This document shows positions 19,414-24,000 of a stretch of DNA of 24,000 nucleotides, piece after piece. The notes under the pieces were generated by a model, which did not search any database, was not told the DNA's origin, and saw only the letters and a program-made list of their open reading frames with translations. The stretch comes from Fidelibacterota bacterium (GTDB lineage Bacteria; Fidelibacterota; Marinisomatia; Marinisomatales; SCKK01), in the NCBI GenBank assembly GCA_022562455.1, contig JADFPG010000020.1, forward strand, positions 1-24,000. Reading direction: 5' to 3'. Both the position numbers and the translations under genes were made by a program. Position 1 is the first letter of the stretch; each line of letters starts with the position of its first letter.

Positions 19414-20909
19414 CCTTTTGACTCCTCATCCAAGACTCTTTCGTATTTATCTTTAAATTTTCGTATTCCCTGATAAATGGATTGTGCAATACTCTGCCTA
19501 TATCCGGGTTTCCGGAGTTGCTTCTCTTCTTGAGGGTTTGAAAGATATCCAACCTCTACCAAAACATTGGGCATGGAAGCGCCAATGAGTACATAAAAAC
19601 CAGCCTGTTTTACTCCACGGTCAGGTGATGGGATTTTTTTTCTTAGTTCATGCTGAATCATGGCTGCAAGGTCTTCGCTCTCTTTCATAAACGAATTCTG
19701 GACAAGAGAGGCGATTATAAAGTTGTCCTCTGATAATTTTTCGTACCTGGATGTCTCTTCTTCCAATTTTATAACAGCATTTTCTCGCTCAGCTACAGCG
19801 GCAGCATCGGCAGTTTTACCCGGGCTGAGGATATAAGTTTCAAATCCCCGAATCCGGCGGTTTTTATTTGCATTCCCGTGAATACTTACAAATAATTTCC
19901 CCATCTTTTCGTTCGCCATTTTAGTCCGTTTCCAAAGGGGGATAAACACATCTTCATCACGAGTATAGATTACCTTAACATTGGTATATTTTTCCAATAA
20001 TCTTCCTACCCGCTTGGAAATGTCAAGGGCGATAAATTTTTCTTTCAGTCCATATTTCCCAATGGTACCACTATCTTTTCCACCATGTCCTGCATCGATT
20101 ATAATGGTGTCGATATACCACAAGTCCCGTATCTTTTTAATCTTTTCCGCACTGAAACTGAGGGGCGTTCTGAGACTGAGGACAATCTCGTTCGGAGCTG
20201 AATTCTGGTAAAGTTCGTGATTTTCCACTTCCCCACGAAGGCGAAAGGCAAGCTGTGTGGTTTTTCCTACCTGATCAATTTGAACTGCTCTAACGATGCC
20301 ATGAAGTCTCGTCTGACGAATGGCGGATGAGTCAGCAACTCCGCCGGCAATAGTAAGATAAAACCACCCGTTCTTTGCGGACCAGGCAGTTAAAGAACCC
20401 CTATCAAATAATCGAGTCGTTTTCACTCGGATAATTGTCCCGTTTGCCTTTTCTTCAATGGTTAGACCCGTAATATTGTATGTGAGGAGTTCTACTACGA
20501 TCATTTTTTTATTGTTATCATATAAGACTCCAGGTGCAGCGTGGCGGTGGAAAAGTGATAAGAATGTCCTCATGGGAAGATATATATCATTGCCATCAAA
20601 CAAAGCGTGAGTTCCCATCTGGTATACTTTGTCGTCAATTAAAATAAAGCTGCAGTTGGCAGAAATTTTTACTTTGCGTCCACCAAAATAGATAACAATT
20701 TTACTTCTTTCAATATTTTCAAAAATTCCGGCTGAAAGAATTCTAACAAAGTCCTTTGTAGAAATATAGATAGAACTACCAATTTCGAATGATTTAACAG
20801 ATTCTTTTTTCGAGGGATCATTTGGGAAATAAACCTGCACTTCTGTGACAGCTGAGACTGTTTGCGAAAATAGAAGAATTAGAGCGATTGGGATAATACG
20901 TTTCATCAT
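19410..20909 (-). CDS. N-acetylmuramoyl-L-alanine amidase (Amidase_3, AmiC-like) with N-terminal targeting domains
   Basis: Signal peptide MMKRIIPIALILLFSQTVSA. A stalk-like N-terminal domain of the copper-amine-oxidase N-terminal type and an AMIN-like segment. The catalytic domain reads IIIDAGHGGKDSG...FVSIHGNA...GFETY... Confidence 0.9.
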   Translation of the reverse strand: MMKRIIPIALILLFSQTVSAVTEVQVYFPNDPSKKESVKSFEIGSSIYISTKDFVRILSAGIFENIERSKIVIYFGGRKVKISANCSFILIDDKVYQMGTHALFDGNDIYLPMRTFLSLFHRHAAPGVLYDNNKKMIVVELLTYNITGLTIEEKANGTIIRVKTTRLFDRGSLTAWSAKNGWFYLTIAGGVADSSAIRQTRLHGIVRAVQIDQVGKTTQLAFRLRGEVENHELYQNSAPNEIVLSLRTPLSFSAEKIKKIRDLWYIDTIIIDAGHGGKDSGTIGKYGLKEKFIALDISKRVGRLLEKYTNVKVIYTRDEDVFIPLWKRTKMANEKMGKLFVSIHGNANKNRRIRGFETYILSPGKTADAAAVAERENAVIKLEEETSRYEKLSEDNFIIASLVQNSFMKESEDLAAMIQHELRKKIPSPDRGVKQAGFYVLIGASMPNVLVEVGYLSNPQEEKQLRKPGYRQSIAQSIYQGIRKFKDKYERVLDEESKG

Positions 20910-20932
20910 GGTGAATTTATTGTGATAATGAT

Positions 20933-22804
20933 TTACAAAGCAATATCCATCTGAAACCCTCCCACCACATCGGATTTATACCATTTTCCAGTATAGCGTG
21001 AAAATTCCCAAGTACTACGAATTCGAGCGGATATAGTTGCATTTGTGATGGTTTTCACCCGAAATAGGAACGCAACGGACTGTCCAGTCGGGAAAAACGC
21101 TTTGCTTCTAAGTTCACCGGGAAGGTTCACGTCCCAAACGTAGATTCTGGATTTAAAGTCATCTACTACAAATCCAACCCAGTTAGCGCTAAAATGATAC
21201 TGTTTGCCATAATAGAGGATTTTTGTGGATAGTCCGTACCCAAAGTCTGTTGAATCTCCTTCACTAATATATGTATAATCCCCCTGTAACTGAAATCGAA
21301 AATGAGAAGATAATGTACGAACTAATTGAAATCTAAAGGAGTTTCGACTTAATACCTCATCGAGTAATGTTTTTACATATGTGATATCATTTTCTACGGT
21401 CTTTTCTTCTCTTTTCCATCTAAATGTGATTGGGTCTTTTTGCCATTTATAGCTCCAGATAGCCACTGTCTCATATCCCTTTATTGGTTTTACTGATGGG
21501 TTCGCTGAGGCATTTTGGCGATAGATATCACCATACGTTTGAACTCTATGGCGTCCCATCTTGATGGAAAGAGCCTGGTAAAAACCTATTTCATTTAATT
21601 TGTGACTACTCCACTCTCGAAATGGTTGAGATCTGGGTCCCTGAAATCCTTGTGTATAATACCTGACAGTTGCTACCCAACGAAGATTATTTTCTGTCAA
21701 AACATACCCGCCGATTGCTGATGGTTTTCCACCAGTATATGAAGCAACTTCCCCAAAAAGTGTAAGATTTGATAACATGGTTCGTCCATAAATTGACCCA
21801 TATGACTTGGGATCTCGGTTTACCGGACTTACCCCATTGACGATTAACCTGTCCCGAGCTATTAAAACACCTATCTCTCCTACATCGTTGATCTCTTTGC
21901 CCCAACTGACAATTGCCAGGTCTTCTCTGAGGTTATGCTTCCGGGAAAGGGAATTTTCAGTCTGATGAAGACCTGAAGTGGCAAAGGAGATTACCCTGTT
22001 TGAATCGAGAGTCGCATCTTTTGGCGAAAAAGAGAGTGAAAACAGCCACCGTCCAATAGAGTTTGTGTGTTCAACTGCCATCCCGCGAAGGGTCCAATAT
22101 TCCATGGCTGAACGGTAAGGTTTTATCCTTTTCCCAGGTTTGGTCAGTCGGGATATACTTGATTGTCCCTTGATGGTTCGGGCAGACCGACCAAACAAAA
22201 GACCATAACCGTGAATAATCTGGTAATCCCCAAAGATAATGCGTGTGTTGTTTTTTCTCGTAGTTGAAAAGAAAGCTGATACATAATCTCCAAGCGATGG
22301 TTCATTGGGATCACGTTCCAACAGAAAACCACCAGAGATGGACGATTGTGTAAAGGTGGCTTGTGTCAACATGCGGACGTCCTCGCCGGAGGAAACCCAC
22401 CGACTACGCAGTTTCATTTTGAGAGGAGGGAAAAATTTTACAGTTGTTATCATCGGTAATAGAAGAACAGTTAATGATGAAAGTCCTGGTATGGAGGTGA
22501 TTTGTTCCATGGATGAAAAACTACCCAAACGCTTTCTTGCATGTAGTATCAGGCTTGTTTCTTCTGCAGCAAGGAGGGGTATTATCTCTAAATCATTTCT
22601 GGTGGCTCTATTTAAATCCAATGGTCGCTGTACCATTTCTTCAAGGATGAGCAGTTCATCGTCCGTGAGAAGATCACCGTCCTCCTCAATCTGAATCGAT
22701 GCAAGGATTTCTTCTAATGTTTGCCCTTGAAGGGGATTAAGGTAGAGAAAATTGAATAGTAAGTAACTGACTGAAAGCCAGTTCCGGATGAGTAGAAAAC
22801 GCAT
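20933..22804 (-). CDS. Outer-membrane protein: signal peptide, ComEA-like helix-hairpin-helix module, then a beta-barrel-like region of about 500 aa
   Basis: N-terminus MRFLLIRNWLSVSYLLFNFLYLNPLQG. HhH segment LDLNRATRNDLEIIPLLAAEETSLILHARKRLGSFSSMEQITSIPGLSSLT. The rest has alternating amphipathic strands rich in Y/G/S/T/R and a barrel-like C-terminus (..VVGGFQMDIAL). Confidence 0.6.
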   Translation of the reverse strand: MRFLLIRNWLSVSYLLFNFLYLNPLQGQTLEEILASIQIEEDGDLLTDDELLILEEMVQRPLDLNRATRNDLEIIPLLAAEETSLILHARKRLGSFSSMEQITSIPGLSSLTVLLLPMITTVKFFPPLKMKLRSRWVSSGEDVRMLTQATFTQSSISGGFLLERDPNEPSLGDYVSAFFSTTRKNNTRIIFGDYQIIHGYGLLFGRSARTIKGQSSISRLTKPGKRIKPYRSAMEYWTLRGMAVEHTNSIGRWLFSLSFSPKDATLDSNRVISFATSGLHQTENSLSRKHNLREDLAIVSWGKEINDVGEIGVLIARDRLIVNGVSPVNRDPKSYGSIYGRTMLSNLTLFGEVASYTGGKPSAIGGYVLTENNLRWVATVRYYTQGFQGPRSQPFREWSSHKLNEIGFYQALSIKMGRHRVQTYGDIYRQNASANPSVKPIKGYETVAIWSYKWQKDPITFRWKREEKTVENDITYVKTLLDEVLSRNSFRFQLVRTLSSHFRFQLQGDYTYISEGDSTDFGYGLSTKILYYGKQYHFSANWVGFVVDDFKSRIYVWDVNLPGELRSKAFFPTGQSVAFLFRVKTITNATISARIRSTWEFSRYTGKWYKSDVVGGFQMDIAL

Positions 22805-23540
22805 AACTGATTCGTTGACCTTTTATTTTAAAGGAAATACCTGTTGTCATCTGAGCAGGATGATTAATAAATCCTGTAGCGAGTGTTAAGCTTTTGAATA
22901 ATTGCCACAACACACCAAATTTATAGCGGGTTTCGAACTCCAAATCTCTTTCAAGTTCGATGACTGACTGTATCGTAGACGTTGGGGAAAATACAAACCC
23001 CATGGCAATGACTTGGGGAAGGAGTTCATCTGTTTTACCCAATTTAGGACCATTAAAATTTTGATAGAGTAGAGACCATTGTATGGTTTCAGAGAGCGAA
23101 TAATTTAAGGAAGCCGATAAACTTACTGTCCGAGTACTCCCATAATTTTTTATGGAAAGTTCATTCCCATTGATGACGAGTCCTGCCTCAAAATAGTCTC
23201 CAAACTTTTTTCCCGCACCGATTGTAACTGTCGATTCCCGGTAGACATTATTCCCGAGGGCGTGGAATCCCACACCGAATCGTCCAAATTTTAATGGCAT
23301 AGTGAACCCAGCACCGAAGTTGTGTAGTTCGGTGATCTGAAAAGGAGCCTCAAAAAACATGGCTACTGATTTGGATTGAGACCTGGCTAAATTTGCGGGA
23401 TGGCTGAAAAATGTTATGGGAGAGGAGGTAGGCATAAAATTGGACAATCCACATGCTGTCTGGGAAAATGATAGGGGAACACGTTCAAATGCAGCACAGA
23501 GAGCCGATGTCCATAGAGTATAGGCTATCAACAATCTCAT
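22737..23540 (-). CDS. Outer-membrane beta-barrel protein, PorV/PorQ/PorP-like (tentative)
   Basis: The ORF track starts at GTG 23618. ATG 23540 gives a clean signal peptide, MRLLIAYTLWTSALCAAFE. The body has an HPANLA motif (NPAxLA-like) and repeated G-x-G/aromatic strands (FGAGFTMPLKFGRFGVGFHALG). The family assignment is weak. Confidence 0.45.
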   Translation of the reverse strand: MRLLIAYTLWTSALCAAFERVPLSFSQTACGLSNFMPTSSPITFFSHPANLARSQSKSVAMFFEAPFQITELHNFGAGFTMPLKFGRFGVGFHALGNNVYRESTVTIGAGKKFGDYFEAGLVINGNELSIKNYGSTRTVSLSASLNYSLSETIQWSLLYQNFNGPKLGKTDELLPQVIAMGFVFSPTSTIQSVIELERDLEFETRYKFGVLWQLFKSLTLATGFINHPAQMTTGISFKIKGQRISYAFSTHPELAFSQLLTIQFSLP

Positions 23541-23569
23541 TGGTTGGAATGTAATTCCGCATACTTGAA

Positions 23570-23888
23570 ATGGCAAGCTTCTGTGTATGTAAAAATTTAA
23601 AAATAATGCTTTTAACACTTTCTGTCAGTTTTGCTGCCGAAACCCAAAAAAAACTGCTGATAGGCCGGTGCTGCTGATAACCATTTTGGCTATACCGTAT
23701 CTATTTCCGGCGACTATGCAGTTGTTGGCGTTTATAAGAATAATGACAATGGATCAAGTTCTGGATTGGCCTACATTTATGAATCTGTTGCTGATCTTTC
23801 CCTTCTGATAGAACTCACCTCCTTTGCTGCCTGTGTTAAACGAAGCTGCCCGGTCGTATTGGAATGGGTAGCGGGAGATGGGAGATGA
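23570..23888 (+). pseudogene. Frameshifted/truncated FG-GAP-repeat secreted protein remnant
   Basis: Frame A from ATG 23570 reads MASFCVCKNLKIMLLTLSVSFAAETQKKLLIG.. (signal peptide) and stops at TGA 23675. Frame B is open from 23664 after TGA-TAG and has no start codon. It reads AGAADNHFGYTVSISGDYAVVGVYKNNDNGSSSGLAYIYE (a textbook bacterial FG-GAP unit), then LIELTSFAACVKRSCPVVLEW.., and stops at 23886. A 1-nt shift within 23664-23674 joins the two frames. One repeat is far too few for a propeller. Confidence 0.35.
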
Positions 23889-23914
23889 TTGATGGTTGAT
23901 GGAAGATGTTTGAG
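23873..23914. repeat. Degenerate heptanucleotide tandem repeat (GNNNGAT)x5-6
   Basis: Read directly from the sequence: GGGAGAT GGGAGAT GATTGAT GGTTGAT GGAAGAT GTTTGAG. GATG recurs with an exact 7-nt period five times. Confidence 0.5.
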
Positions 23915-23921
23915 CGAAACG

Positions 23922-23970
23922 CCTGTCTGCTGACCAGGCAGGGAAATCCTCCCGATGCATCAGGGGGAGG
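23922..23970. other. Two adjacent GC-rich hairpins (possible terminator of a minus-strand gene beyond the window, or part of a structured RNA)
   Basis: Hairpin 1 (23922-23942): CCTGTCTG-ctgac-CAGGCAGG, 8 bp with one G-U pair. Hairpin 2 (23948-23970): CCTCCC-...GATGCATC...-GGGAGG. On the minus strand, hairpin 1 is followed by CGTTTCGC. Confidence 0.3.
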
Positions 23971-24000
23971 TAATGGGAAAAGGAGTAATGGAGAGATGGA

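Noticed and set aside
23314-23325. 12-mer CCGAAGTTGTGT, shared with the motA-leader copy of the decamer motif, found inside the barrel-protein coding region on the opposite strand.
   Set aside because: By my order-of-magnitude estimate, tens of 12-mer pairs are expected by chance in 24 kb when both orientations are counted. This copy is coding, antisense, and lacks the leading TC, so I did not count it as a fourth motif instance.
23646-23653. A8 homopolymer as the slip site (phase variation or sequencing error) responsible for the FG-GAP gene frameshift.
   Set aside because: Removing one A brings TGA-TAG (23658-23663) into frame, so the frame change must lie at 23664-23674, downstream of the A-run. 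The homopolymer does not explain it.
23754-23960. 68-aa minus-strand track ORF at the right edge.
   Set aside because: The plus strand of the same DNA encodes a near-consensus FG-GAP unit, which explains the open frame. The minus-strand product has no motif and runs through the heptamer repeat and hairpins.

Overview
About 40% GC bacterial chromosome segment, dominated by housekeeping genes. I saw no rRNA, tRNA, CRISPR array, transposase, integrase or recognisable defence island. Shine-Dalgarno use, T9SS-style beta-barrel proteins, an FG-GAP fragment and a DGGGPS-like prenyltransferase suggest an FCB-superphylum or candidate-phylum lineage, but that is a guess.

Layout:
- Left edge: a surface-polysaccharide pair on the minus strand (partial GT4 glycosyltransferase and a Wzx/MOP flippase), then a 375-bp divergent spacer, then eno-ftsB on the plus strand.
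- 4.3 to 23.5 kb: about 19 kb of uninterrupted minus-strand genes, many translationally coupled. In transcription order they are: PorV/PorQ-like barrel, HhH-barrel protein, amidase, murI, folC, rho, Cas6-like ORF, aminotransferase, rpmE, prfA, prmC, UbiA/DGGGPS-like prenyltransferase, dnaE, dtd, motA, motB, secreted SH3-like protein.
- Right edge: a frameshifted FG-GAP gene remnant, a heptamer repeat and two GC-rich hairpins.

I cannot demonstrate a complete novel system. The most unusual element is a 291-aa ORF between rho and the aminotransferase. It carries an exact Cas6/RAMP glycine-rich-loop signature (GhGxxxxxGhG) and a long acidic tail, with no CRISPR array or other cas gene in the window.

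Secondary points:
- an archaeal-lipid-type (DGGGPS-like) prenyltransferase coupled into the prfA-prmC-dnaE-dtd operon;
- a MotAB stator with no flagellar neighbours;
- a ComEA-like HhH module fused to a large beta-barrel, whose gene overlaps the upstream barrel gene by 68 nt;
- a GC-rich decamer found only in 5' leader regions.

All family assignments come from reading motifs in the translations. No database search was run.
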